Source of the DNA: Trichodesmium erythraeum IMS101
GTDB taxonomy: Bacteria > Cyanobacteriota > Cyanobacteriia > Cyanobacteriales > Microcoleaceae
Assembly (NCBI RefSeq): GCF_000014265.1
Contig: NC_008312.1
Coordinates: 5,940,001-5,972,000 of the forward strand
Direction: 5' to 3'
DNA length: 32,000 bases
Position numbers and translations under genes: made by a program. Under the pieces are notes generated by a model that ran no database searches, was not told the DNA's origin, and was given only the letters and a program-made list of their open reading frames with translations. Each line of letters begins with the position of its first letter. Within the stretch, counting starts at the first letter, position 1. Of the stretch, positions 1 through 8,986 are shown in pieces.

Positions 1-371
1 TATAATGTGGTCAGTTTCGTTTGGGAATAGCTCAAAAAAAATCTTATGAATTTTGCTATGGAGCGTGTGGAAATTATGAAAAAAATTACTGTAACAATAG
101 GAAAAAGTATTGATCAGGATGGGTCTTGAATTATTATCATCTGGGTCTGACCTCAGGATTGAAATATTCTTAAATTAAAAGAAAGCAAATTTTAACTTGA
201 ATAACTAAAGTATTTTTTAAAGTGTTTTTAATAAAAATGGTTAAGGGTTCGCAGAGTTTTTCCTCAGCCGTATCACACAAAAATATAGTGAATATCTCCG
301 AATTTTTCATGCACTATATTAATATTGTCTTGGCGCAAATCCTGCTCAATTAACTAACAATTAATTCAAAT

Positions 372-412
372 TTTAACCAAAGCTTAAACGAAATTTAAAC
401 CAGTTTTAAACT
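372..412 (+). promoter_or_regulatory. Pho box: four tandem 8-bp direct repeats on an exact 11-bp register (candidate SphR/PhoB binding site) upstream of phoX
   Basis: Read directly: TTTAACCA (372-379), CTTAAACG (383-390), TTTAAACC (394-401), TTTAAACT (405-412). Each 8-mer starts exactly 11 bp after the previous one, leaving 3-bp linkers. The array lies 150-190 bp upstream of the phoX ATG. It matches the cyanobacterial Pho-box architecture: tandem PyTTAAPyPy(T/A) octamers separated by 3 bp. Confidence 0.6.
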
Positions 413-561
413 AATAATCAATATTTATGAGCTAAACTATCTGAGGTGATATTAAATAGACATCAAATAAGAGGTCAAAAATACAGCTAGTAGCTGTTAG
501 TAATATATCTCAAGTCTATATCTACCACTCGGATCAGAGAGAGAAATTAGAAATTTTTTTT

Positions 562-2922
562 ATGTCCAGGCTAACTCGCAGAAAACTGTTAATGTTCTTC
601 GGATGTAGCGCAGCTGCTACAGCACTATCACCAAAAATTGAAAATTTTTTGGGTAGTAACTCTGAAGTGGCTCTTGCTCAAACTCAAGGTTTGAGTTTCA
701 CACCCCTGAAACTGGCGCATCCTTTAGAAGCTTATGAAAAACATTCTAGCTTTGTACCTTTAGGAACTGGTGGAGAAGGAGCAACTTTAGGAGCAGGTGT
801 AGATGTAGCACTACAATCATATCAGTACTTTGATGATGTAATAGTACCTCCCGAATATGAAAGGTATGTAATTGTTAGTTGGGGCGATCGCGTATTCCCT
901 GACTCTGAAGAGTACTTTGGTTATAATGCTGACTATGTAAGTTTTATTCCTGTTAATGGTAATCCTGATGATGGTTACTTATGGACTAACCATGAGTATG
1001 TCTCATATCCAATGTCACCATTATTAGCACGTAGTGATGACTTAGAAGGTTTCCCCACAACAGACAAACTTGTACTAGGTTTAGATTTATCTCAGTCTAG
1101 TATCTCCACCTTAGGTGAATTTGGTTATAACCAAGGTGGTTCTATTGTCAGAATTAAAAAAGGTAGTAACGGTCAATATGCTACTGTAGCAGACAGTGCT
1201 AATCGTCGAATACACCTCTTATCTGGACTAGGAATTAACTCCGAACGTTCTGATAACTATCAAAGAGTTACATCTTGGGGTACAGCTAGCTATCAGACTG
1301 GAGACAAAAACTTCTTAATTGGTACTGGACCTGCTGCTGTTGAAGTATTCCCTCTAAGTTCTGATGGACTGGGTAATAAAATCATTGGTACAGCATTCAA
1401 CTGTTCTGGTGGTACAACTCCCTGGGGAACAGTTCTAACTGCAGAAGAGAACTTCCAAGGTAGCGTTACCGAAGCTGTATCACCTAATGGTACTCAAACT
1501 GGTTATAAGGAAGAGGGTATAGGTTTTACTTTTGGTTTAGTTGGTGAAAAGTATGGCTGGATGGTAGAAGTTTCTCCAGCAGACCCAAGTTTCCAAAATA
1601 AGAAACATACAGCTTTAGGTCGTTTTCGCCATGAAAATATTGCGTTCCGAGTAGAAGCAGGTAAACCGTTAGCAGCTTATATGGGAGATGACCGTCGTGG
1701 TGGTCACACATGGAAGTTTGTGAGTGATGGTATTGTTTCTAATCCTACCGATCCAAGTAACAGCAGATTATTTAATAGCGGAACTCTCTATGCTGCACGC
1801 TTAAATCCTGATGGTTCTGGTCAATGGATTCCATTAATTCCTGCCACACGTACTAACCCTCTATCACCAAGAGAACTTGCTGAAGCTGAATTAAATGTTT
1901 TTGGTAAAGCTCAAAGAGATGGTCGCATCCGCTTACCTCAACGTCTTGGTATTGCTGGAGGAGAAGAAAATGGTGGGTATTTCATTGTAGACTTAACAAA
2001 TGAAAGTGCATTATCTGATTATCAAGGCAAAACTCTAGCAGATTTCTACGACAGCCAAGGTGCGATTTTAGTTGATGCTTTCTTAGCTGCTAACTTAGTA
2101 GGTGCCACTCCTACTGCTCGTCCTGAAGATTTAGAAGTTCACCCTGGTGATGGTAGTGTATTTATTGCTTATACCGATAATGGACCTGGTGGAGATGGAT
2201 ATCCAGATTCCAGAGTCTTTGTTGTGAGTAAATACTCTGCAGATGTTAATGCTGCTCAACCTTTTGGTGGTATCTACCGAATCATTGAAACAAACAGTGA
2301 TGTTACCAGTACCACTTTTACCTGGTCAGCGTTTGAGCAGAGTGGAGAAAATGGTGCTGTTAATGGTCCAGGTTTTGCCAATGTAGACAACCTAGAAATT
2401 GATACTTTGGGTAATATTTGGGGCGTAACAGATATGTCTACTAGTAGTCATAATGGTTTCAATACTGGCGCTGCTGGAGAGATAAAAGAGATTGACCACA
2501 CTCAAACAGGAAGTGTTGGTAACTTGAGAGGAACATTTGGTAACAACTGGTTATTCTATATTCCTGTCGTCGGAGAAAACGCTGGAATGGTTATACCTTT
2601 TGCTTATGGTCCCCCTCGTTGTGAAATCACTGGACCATACTTTATCAAAAATCGTAGTGGTGTAAATGAAACTCTGCTATTAGCTGTACAACACCCTGGT
2701 GAAAGTTGTCCTATTGGAGATGAAGTTAAACTAGGTCGTAATATCGAGATGTTAAACTTAGATGGTAGCCTTTTTACTCAGCAACGAAGCGTACCTCGTG
2801 GAAGTAATTGGCCTAGTAACACAGGGTATGTAGGTAATCCTGGAGGCTTTTTTAATGGTTTACTGCCACCAAGACCTTCTGTCATTGGTGTTACTCGTAG
2901 AGACGGTGGTAAGTTTGTTTAA
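562..2922 (+). CDS. phoX: PhoX-family (DUF839) alkaline phosphatase, Tat-exported
   Basis: 786-aa ORF with an N-terminal twin-arginine signal (MSRLTRRKLLMFFGCSAAATALS). PhoX/DUF839 hallmarks are present: WGDRV, TNHEY, CSGGTTPWGTVLTAEEN, RFRHEN, RPEDLEVHP. A Pho box lies upstream. The minus-strand ORF 1526..1711 is a shadow. Confidence 0.75.
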   Translation: MSRLTRRKLLMFFGCSAAATALSPKIENFLGSNSEVALAQTQGLSFTPLKLAHPLEAYEKHSSFVPLGTGGEGATLGAGVDVALQSYQYFDDVIVPPEYERYVIVSWGDRVFPDSEEYFGYNADYVSFIPVNGNPDDGYLWTNHEYVSYPMSPLLARSDDLEGFPTTDKLVLGLDLSQSSISTLGEFGYNQGGSIVRIKKGSNGQYATVADSANRRIHLLSGLGINSERSDNYQRVTSWGTASYQTGDKNFLIGTGPAAVEVFPLSSDGLGNKIIGTAFNCSGGTTPWGTVLTAEENFQGSVTEAVSPNGTQTGYKEEGIGFTFGLVGEKYGWMVEVSPADPSFQNKKHTALGRFRHENIAFRVEAGKPLAAYMGDDRRGGHTWKFVSDGIVSNPTDPSNSRLFNSGTLYAARLNPDGSGQWIPLIPATRTNPLSPRELAEAELNVFGKAQRDGRIRLPQRLGIAGGEENGGYFIVDLTNESALSDYQGKTLADFYDSQGAILVDAFLAANLVGATPTARPEDLEVHPGDGSVFIAYTDNGPGGDGYPDSRVFVVSKYSADVNAAQPFGGIYRIIETNSDVTSTTFTWSAFEQSGENGAVNGPGFANVDNLEIDTLGNIWGVTDMSTSSHNGFNTGAAGEIKEIDHTQTGSVGNLRGTFGNNWLFYIPVVGENAGMVIPFAYGPPRCEITGPYFIKNRSGVNETLLLAVQHPGESCPIGDEVKLGRNIEMLNLDGSLFTQQRSVPRGSNWPSNTGYVGNPGGFFNGLLPPRPSVIGVTRRDGGKFV

Positions 2923-3120
2923 TATACTTTAAAGTTTTGCTTACCGAACAACGGGAGATTCTTCAGTTAAAGAAAAACTGATGGTAGTTTTAAGGCGAGC
3001 CTGTGTCTACCAAAACCATAATAAAATACCTCCTGCTTGTTAAGGGGAGCGAAACGTTTTATTTATGGAAATATCCAACTGTTGATATTAGCTTTCCTTC
3101 CAATGCTCCTTTTCAATAGA

Positions 3121-3139
3121 CTGGGGGACTTTCCCCCAG
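3121..3139. terminator. G/C-rich stem-loop in the convergent phoX / ccmO intergenic region (weak terminator candidate)
   Basis: CTGGGGGA-ctt-TCCCCCAG forms an 8-bp stem with a 3-nt loop. No clear U-tract follows on either strand, so function is uncertain. It could instead be a subterminal hairpin of the adjacent IS200/IS605 relic. Confidence 0.25.
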
Positions 3140-3197
3140 AAAATTTCAATCTTCAGATAGACTGGCACATCCAAAATAGTGTATTAGCTTTTTCCTT

Positions 3198-3560
3198 TTG
3201 ACATTCTCCCCAGCTCTTGACATAGAGGTAGTTTTACTGAGCTGAAGCTCAAAAGCAGGTTGACATTTCATCTGCTACTGTCTAACTCCAGTAGGATGTA
3301 TGACCATTTTCTGCTGAATGGGACACAAATACCTTTCATTTGCCAAAGTTTAACGTACCGCAAAAATTATATATTATATGCAGCATTTTCTGAGCGTTCT
3401 GTTATTATATAAACTTAGGAATAAGAATTTGATAATATAGTTATGAAGTCAGATCCAAAATAACAAAACATTTAAATTATTTATTGAACATTTTTGACTA
3501 CCAGAGTTATGGATAATTTACCTCCACATAAACTAGCATTAATTAAACATAAAATAGTAT
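3198..3560 (-). pseudogene. 5'-truncated, stop-riddled TnpB (IS200/IS605 OrfB) relic with an omega-RNA-like 3' module
   Basis: Minus-strand translation gives broken TnpB C-terminal motifs. These include NSGSQKCS (compare TSQxCSxCG) and QNAQKMLHIIYNFCGTLNFG (compare DxNAAxNI...GT.G). The relic ends in ...GAGCTGGGGAGAATGTCAA, the same terminal 15-mer (TTGACATTCTCYCCA on the + strand) as the relic at 11862. It contains multiple stops and frameshifts and abuts the ccmO stop. Confidence 0.45.
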
Positions 3561-3649
3561 CAGTAGGATAAAGAGTTCTAAAACCTTATCAGCAACTAAA
3601 AGCGCTATATTTTTCTAAATTTTGACTCTAAACAACATCTGGAAGTCTA

Positions 3650-4426
3650 TTATTTATCCTTAAGTTCTTCTTTGATCGGTAAAGGAAGTTGGGAAAAATC
3701 TGGTAATCTTACAAGCTCTTTTTCCTGATCTTTAACTGCTATTGGTAAACGTAAAGGTTCAGGTTTTTCTTTAATCAGATGACCAGCTATAGGTAATGTT
3801 TTTTCTAAATCATCTAATGCTCTAGGAATTACCATTACAGCATTTAATTCTCCAATTCTTTCTGCTTCGTACATACCAGTTTCTATAGCTACCGCTACAT
3901 TAGAAACCGAACCACGAACAATAGCAGTACATAAACCTGCACCTGTAGTTTGATAAGCAGTCAACTGTACATCAGCAGATTTGAGCATCGCGTCACAAGC
4001 TCCCACCATTGCCGGAAAACCTCTAGTCTCTATTAGACCAACTGCTTTATGTCTAAACTCATCAGACACTCTACCTTGAGATAGTTTAAGTAAAAGGCTA
4101 CCAATAGGTAATACAACTTCTAAATTAGGCAAAGGTCGAGGAATAACAGTCTTAGAAATCAGTTGTCCAAACTTTTCAGCAGTTTTTGCTCCAGACTCTA
4201 CCGCTAAACGAACATCAGCAATACCACCACGAACTACCGCCGTACAATATCCACTACCAATTTTTTCATAGCCTACCAAAATTACACCAGATGACTTTAG
4301 CATCATATCAGCAGTACCAACTATGGCCGGAAAACTCCTAGTTGTCACTAAACCAAGAGCAGCATCTCCAAACTGAATTGGGGATTCGATAGATTCTAGC
4401 TTATTATAGTTATTGTGGGTTTGCAT
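3650..4426 (-). CDS. ccmO: Carboxysome shell protein CcmO (tandem BMC domains)
   Basis: 258 aa with two BMC domains (LGLVTTRSFPAIVGTADMMLKSSGV... and [25 protein letters not shown]...). An AGAGG RBS lies about 12 nt upstream. It is the last gene of the ccm cluster. Confidence 0.85.
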   Translation of the reverse strand: MQTHNNYNKLESIESPIQFGDAALGLVTTRSFPAIVGTADMMLKSSGVILVGYEKIGSGYCTAVVRGGIADVRLAVESGAKTAEKFGQLISKTVIPRPLPNLEVVLPIGSLLLKLSQGRVSDEFRHKAVGLIETRGFPAMVGACDAMLKSADVQLTAYQTTGAGLCTAIVRGSVSNVAVAIETGMYEAERIGELNAVMVIPRALDDLEKTLPIAGHLIKEKPEPLRLPIAVKDQEKELVRLPDFSQLPLPIKEELKDK

Positions 4427-5001
4427 ATTTATTTTCTACCTCTTTACTCCGGCGTAGTTATTAACCCACCTAACTCTCTCCAACATTCTAGCTGATGGTC
4501 TTTAGGGCTACCCTAGGAATTTTTAGACAAAATTAAAAATATAAACTAGGTAAGAAAATCCGAAAGTTACAGTTAAACTCTCACCAGTAAGAGTTTTCAG
4601 ATATATAAGTTAATTGTTAGAGATTATGAATCACTTTTAGTCCCTGAATGAAAGATAGAAAGTTTTTTAGGTATGTTTCTACTTAATTTTAGATTATATT
4701 ATATTTTTTTGATAATAATCAAGTTATCTCTTACAAAAAAAATGTGTTCTTGTCAAACAGAAATTTTCTATTTATTTGCTAAAAACTCAGTAGCTCCAAA
4801 TTTAGTATCAAGTTTGAGTAGCTTTTTATTCTAGAATCTTGTTCAAAATCCAGTTTCTCCTAATTTAAAAGATAGCGATAATAATTTTACTCCCTAGAAG
4901 CTGGGTTTTTGTTTGAAGTAATTGTCAAAGCAATTTGATATCAACTCATGTTTCCCAGTGTTCTAATTTACATATTTCCACATAATTATTGACGATATAT
5001 T

Positions 5002-5916
5002 TCAGTCTTCATCATCAGGATGAGAACTCAAAGAATTTTTATAAGGAAATAAAGTCTGCATTATTTTGTTTACATATTCTTTACCATAAATTTGAGCATC
5101 AATGTTTGGAGGTGACTCTTCTTGTAGTTGGGTGTTAGCCTTTTCAGTTTCTGTTGGAGTTTCTTCAACAGGTAAAGAAGTATTAGCTAATGGTAATTGA
5201 GTGTTAGCCTTTTCAGTTTCTGTTGGAGTTTCTTCAACAGGTAAAGAAGTATTAGCTAATGGTAATTGAGTGTTAGCCTTTTCAGTTTCTGTTGGAGTTT
5301 CTTCAGCAGGTAAAGAAGTATTAGCCAATGGTAATTGAGTGTTAGCCTTTTCAGTTTCTGTTGGAGTTTCTTCAGCAGGTAAAGAAGTATTAGCCAATGG
5401 TAATTGAGTGTTAGCCTTTTCAGTTTCTGTTGAAGTTTCCTCAGTAGATGAAGCAGTATTAGCTAAATTTAAACTATAACTACTTTCTTGAGTTTCATTT
5501 GAGAATAGATAGCTTTGATTTGAATCTTGATCAGGTAAAGATATAGTAGAATTGTCTGAGAACTGTCGCCCTGAGTTACCAATAATAGAAGCAGGTAATA
5601 CAACTTTCTCTGATTCTAAATTCTGTTCCAGAATAGTTGCCAAAGAACCAATACAAACATTAGCTCCAATCTTACTTTTACCAACTAATAAAACTCCTGA
5701 ACCAATAGTAGCTCCCGATTCAATTTCAATATTACCACTGTAAGCATGAATAATAACTCCCATACCAATACAAACCCCCGCTCCAATAATAATCTGACAG
5801 TTACTAGCAGCTTGAAGAATAACACCAGGAGCGATCGCCGCACTTGGGTCAATTTTTACATCACCACTAACAAAAGGCTCAATATTTGCAAAAGGTTGTA
5901 GTGGTGGCAACTGCAT
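5002..5916 (-). CDS. ccmN: Carboxysome assembly protein CcmN (hexapeptide-repeat N-domain, repeat-expanded linker, C-terminal encapsulation peptide)
   Basis: The N-terminal left-handed beta-helix hexapeptide repeats (IAPGVILQAASNCQIIIGAGVCIGMGVIIHAYSGNIEIESGATIGSGVLLVG) are typical of CcmN. The C-terminal IYGKEYVNKIMQTLFPYK resembles the CcmN encapsulation peptide. The track ORF extends to 5985, but AAGGAG lies 6 nt upstream of the ATG at 5916 (MQLPPLQPF...), so 5916 is the preferred start. Confidence 0.8.
   Translation of the reverse strand: MQLPPLQPFANIEPFVSGDVKIDPSAAIAPGVILQAASNCQIIIGAGVCIGMGVIIHAYSGNIEIESGATIGSGVLLVGKSKIGANVCIGSLATILEQNLESEKVVLPASIIGNSGRQFSDNSTISLPDQDSNQSYLFSNETQESSYSLNLANTASSTEETSTETEKANTQLPLANTSLPAEETPTETEKANTQLPLANTSLPAEETPTETEKANTQLPLANTSLPVEETPTETEKANTQLPLANTSLPVEETPTETEKANTQLQEESPPNIDAQIYGKEYVNKIMQTLFPYKNSLSSHPDDED
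5132..5476 (-). repeat. 69-bp in-frame tandem repeat, about 5 copies, inside ccmN (23-aa unit TETEKANTQLPLANTSLP[A/V]EETP)
   Basis: The motif GTGTTAGCC recurs at 5132, 5201, 5270, 5339 and 5408, an exact 69-bp period. Copies 1-2 are identical to each other, as are copies 3-4. The two pairs differ by only 2 nt. The fifth copy is more diverged. Confidence 0.95.
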
Positions 5917-6138
5917 AGATACTCCTTTTTTTAATAATTTTAACCATAGGTAATAAAAGTTAAAGAAGTGCTTAGGACTCAGCAATTAGTAGAATCATTT
6001 TTTTGAGGTAGGAGAAGGAAATTTTAAACTATCCAGCGCTTGGGCTTCTGGGGACTTTAACCCAGACAAATAAAAGTTGTTAAGCGAGTTCACAATTCAG
6101 GAAGCTAGCTAAATGATCAAAGCTGATAATTAATTAAT

Positions 6139-6573
6139 TTAATCTAATTTTTCCAAAAGTAAATGAATATTATTTTGTAGTTGCAAAAGAGGAGGTTGAT
6201 CAGGATGCTCATCCAAATCTTTAACTCCCCAATATTCAACCTTATCAACCCATTCAGGAAACTTAGACTGCATTAAAGGACGATGAGCAACTTCATCAAC
6301 AGCAATAATTTCAGTAGCATTTTCTAAATCTGTTTGTTTCACCTGCATTGGTTCCCTCAAAGACACAGAGTCAATCTGAAGACCTAAAGATGCTAAAGTT
6401 TTGAGCACCTCCGATGAAATAGCTCCCACATTACCAGATTTTGGGTCAACATTTAAACCCCGTGAATCTGCTTGCCATTTTATTCCTTTTTTTGAGGCTA
6501 AATCATTGAATAAATACTCACTAAATCTACTTCGGTAATAATTACCTGTACAAAGAAAGAGAATTTTTTGCAT
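6139..6573 (-). CDS. Low-molecular-weight protein-tyrosine-phosphatase (LMW-PTP/ArsC superfamily) protein
   Basis: 144 aa. The N-terminal P-loop ILFLCTGNYYRS fits C-X5-R-(S/T). The fold-typical length and a C-terminal acidic DLDEHPD segment are present. Cys8 is the only Cys in the protein, so it lacks the additional Cys residues of thioredoxin-coupled ArsC. It lies between ccmM and ccmN on the same strand. Confidence 0.7.
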   Translation of the reverse strand: MQKILFLCTGNYYRSRFSEYLFNDLASKKGIKWQADSRGLNVDPKSGNVGAISSEVLKTLASLGLQIDSVSLREPMQVKQTDLENATEIIAVDEVAHRPLMQSKFPEWVDKVEYWGVKDLDEHPDQPPLLQLQNNIHLLLEKLD

Positions 6574-6848
6574 AAAAATTAATTGATTAATTATGACAAT
6601 CCTAAATTTTATGTAGAATTATATGCTTTCTTAAAAATAGCTCTAATTCCTATTCTTTCTGTTTTCCGCCTTCAGCCTCAAAGCAGCCCATTTTTTTACT
6701 TTTTAGATAGTATTGCTACATACAGTTATACAGAATAAGCACCATTAGACTGATTGTTTACCTACTCTAGTTTGACTGATGGTATATAGTATAAGAGTTT
6801 CAATCTCACACAAAAAATGTGTCATTAATTTTGTGTAGCTGCTTACTT

Positions 6849-6882
6849 GTAAATTAATGGGGTTTAATGCCCATTAATTTAC
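6849..6882 (-). other. 13-bp perfect stem-loop 86 nt downstream of the ccmM stop (candidate processing/attenuation hairpin)
   Basis: GTAAATTAATGGG (6849-6861) pairs with CCCATTAATTTAC (6870-6882) around an 8-nt loop. No U-tract follows on the minus strand. The structure is certain; its function is not. Confidence 0.35.
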
Positions 6883-6967
6883 CATAGATTTATCTCATAC
6901 ACTTCTCATAAATTATAGGGTGAGGCTTATCGACGCCCTAGCTAGAACCTACAACCTCACAGCTACT

Positions 6968-8986
6968 TCAGTTAGCCTTACCGTTAGGTTGTTGAATAAT
7001 CTTTTCTAAGACTCGGCGTTTCGCTTTTGGATCTATACCTATCAAGCGGACATATTCTCCCTCATGGTGAGCCAGACTTTCTTCAAGCACTGGAAAAACA
7101 TCAGCCTCTCGTTTACCATCTATTTGAATATCTGTTTTCCAAGAGCTAGTTTTAAAACGACGTTTATCAGCATATTCTGTACCAATTTTATAACCACCTG
7201 CAATCAAAGAACGAATTTCTTCCACAGCCTCTTGACTTAATTTATGGGCTATTGTTGTAGCCACTTGACTACTAGAAACAGGAGATTGTTGAGTAGTATT
7301 GACTACTCCATTAGAAGTAGCCTTAAGAGAAGCAGATCTTTCACCTTTACCATTGGGTTGTTGAATCAAACTTTCCATGACCCGACGTTTAGCTTGAGTA
7401 TCGATACCAATTAAACGTACATATTCCCCATTATATTCTGCTAAAACTTGTTCTAATTCAGCTATTGCTTGAGAATGGTTAGTAGCAGAAATGGGAGCGC
7501 AACTTATCCAGGAGCTAGTTTTAAAGCGACGTTCATTAGCGTGTTCTAAGCTAATTCTATATCCTTGATTAAATAATGAACGTACTTGCTCTACAACTTC
7601 CTGACTTAATCGAGTATTAATTCCTGCATGAGTAGATACAGGAGCTTGATAACTTGGAGAAGTAGATACACATTGTTGAATTGGGCTATCGCCTGGTCGT
7701 TGAATTATTATTTCTGCAACACGACGTTTAACTTTAGAGTCTATACCAATTAAACGTACATATTCACCACTGTGTTCTGCTAAAAATTTTTCTAGAGCAG
7801 CCAAAACTTGTGCAGAATTAGTCTCAGAAATAGTCGGACCGTTTTGCCAAGAGCTAGTTTTAAAACGACGTTCATTGGCATACTCCGTACCAATCTTGTA
7901 TCCTTGAGACAGCAAAGAATTAACTTGGGTTACTACTTCTGGAGTTAGACCTGTAGTATTGGGGGTAGTAGTACTTCCAACCCTAGTAGTACCAGTAGCA
8001 GCAGGAACACTGTAGTTACCAGTCGTTGATTTTTGAGCAACTTTTTTACCATCAGGACGTTGAATCATAATTGGAGATATACGACGTTTAGCTTTAGGGT
8101 CTATACCAAACATCCGCACATACTCTGTAGAATGTTCTTGTATACAAGCTTCTAGAGCTGCTACTACTTCTGAAGAGTGACTACTTTGAATTGGAGAACA
8201 AGTTTTCCAGGAACCTGTTTTGAAGTGACGGGTGTCAGCGTGTTCTGTACCAACATAATATCCTTGGGATACTAACTGGTTTACATGAGCAACTACTTCT
8301 GGGGTTAGTCTACCAGTTGTTCCTGAAGGGTTGTAACCGTTACCATTTTTATAATTAATATTCATTTCATTTCTAATAGGGGTAATGCAAGATATATTAT
8401 TCGCACACAGATAACCTTGTCGTAAAGATTCGTTAATTCCCACTACATGATGGGCAAATTTTATATCATCGGGTAGTACATCTGACAAACGATTTACTTG
8501 CTGTTGATTTGTAATAATTGCTCCTGAAGGCACATACTTACCGGGAGGAATTTCCACGTCCTGGATCAGAGCGTGAAGCATAACTATACATCCTTCACCA
8601 ATGCGGGAGTTAAAAACTGTAGAACGAAAGCCGATAAAACAGTCATCACCGATATAGCAAGGACCATGAACTAAAGCTTTATGAGTGATAGAAACATTTG
8701 TACCTATCCATACAGAATAGTTTTGTTGGTCATCTCCTATAACTCGTCCTTGTTCTAAACCATGTATAACTACTCCATCTTGGATATTAGTTCCTGCTCC
8801 AATAAAGAAGGGAGTACCTTCATCTGCACGAATTGATGTGCCCGGAGCTACTAATACATTAGCTCCAACACGGACATCTCCAATGATATTGGAAAAGGAG
8901 TGAATATAAGCTGTGTCATCAATCTTCGGCTGTGCCAAGTTTTTTGACCAGGGGGTGGGTGGAGCTGGTTGTTTGCGGTGTGGCAT
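6968..8986 (-). CDS. ccmM: Carboxysome scaffold protein CcmM: gamma-carbonic-anhydrase domain plus four RbcS-like (SSUL) repeats
   Basis: 672 aa. The N-terminal gamma-CA left-handed beta-helix has His motifs VIHGLEQG and THKALVHGP. Four SSUL repeats each carry L[T/S][32 protein letters not shown] ... [25 protein letters not shown] lies upstream. Confidence 0.92.
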   Translation of the reverse strand: MPHRKQPAPPTPWSKNLAQPKIDDTAYIHSFSNIIGDVRVGANVLVAPGTSIRADEGTPFFIGAGTNIQDGVVIHGLEQGRVIGDDQQNYSVWIGTNVSITHKALVHGPCYIGDDCFIGFRSTVFNSRIGEGCIVMLHALIQDVEIPPGKYVPSGAIITNQQQVNRLSDVLPDDIKFAHHVVGINESLRQGYLCANNISCITPIRNEMNINYKNGNGYNPSGTTGRLTPEVVAHVNQLVSQGYYVGTEHADTRHFKTGSWKTCSPIQSSHSSEVVAALEACIQEHSTEYVRMFGIDPKAKRRISPIMIQRPDGKKVAQKSTTGNYSVPAATGTTRVGSTTTPNTTGLTPEVVTQVNSLLSQGYKIGTEYANERRFKTSSWQNGPTISETNSAQVLAALEKFLAEHSGEYVRLIGIDSKVKRRVAEIIIQRPGDSPIQQCVSTSPSYQAPVSTHAGINTRLSQEVVEQVRSLFNQGYRISLEHANERRFKTSSWISCAPISATNHSQAIAELEQVLAEYNGEYVRLIGIDTQAKRRVMESLIQQPNGKGERSASLKATSNGVVNTTQQSPVSSSQVATTIAHKLSQEAVEEIRSLIAGGYKIGTEYADKRRFKTSSWKTDIQIDGKREADVFPVLEESLAHHEGEYVRLIGIDPKAKRRVLEKIIQQPNGKAN

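Noticed and set aside
1526-1711. Antisense ORFs inside well-supported genes (1526..1711, 5552..5743, 9150..9383, 29127..29336, 29968..30231)
   Set aside because: Each lies fully within a longer opposite-strand CDS that has clear family motifs. None has an RBS or a recognisable domain. They are typical shadow ORFs.
5132-5476. Regular 69-bp repeats could be mistaken for a CRISPR array
   Set aside because: The units are directly abutting with no unique spacers. They are in frame inside the ccmN ORF and translate to a coherent 23-aa repeat. No cas genes are present in the window.
5917-5985. 23-codon N-terminal extension of ccmN in the ORF track (MLSPKHFFNFYYLWLKLLKKGVS)
   Set aside because: A strong AAGGAG RBS sits 6 nt before the internal ATG at 5916, and CcmN homologs begin near MQLPPL. 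The extension is most likely read-through of upstream non-coding sequence.
8340-8370. Internal translation start in ccmM producing a short SSUL-only isoform (M35-like) at the Met of NEMNINYK
   Set aside because: The Met is in the right place, just before the first SSUL repeat, but no Shine-Dalgarno-like purine tract precedes it (CCTATTAGAAATGAA ATG). It cannot be supported from sequence alone.
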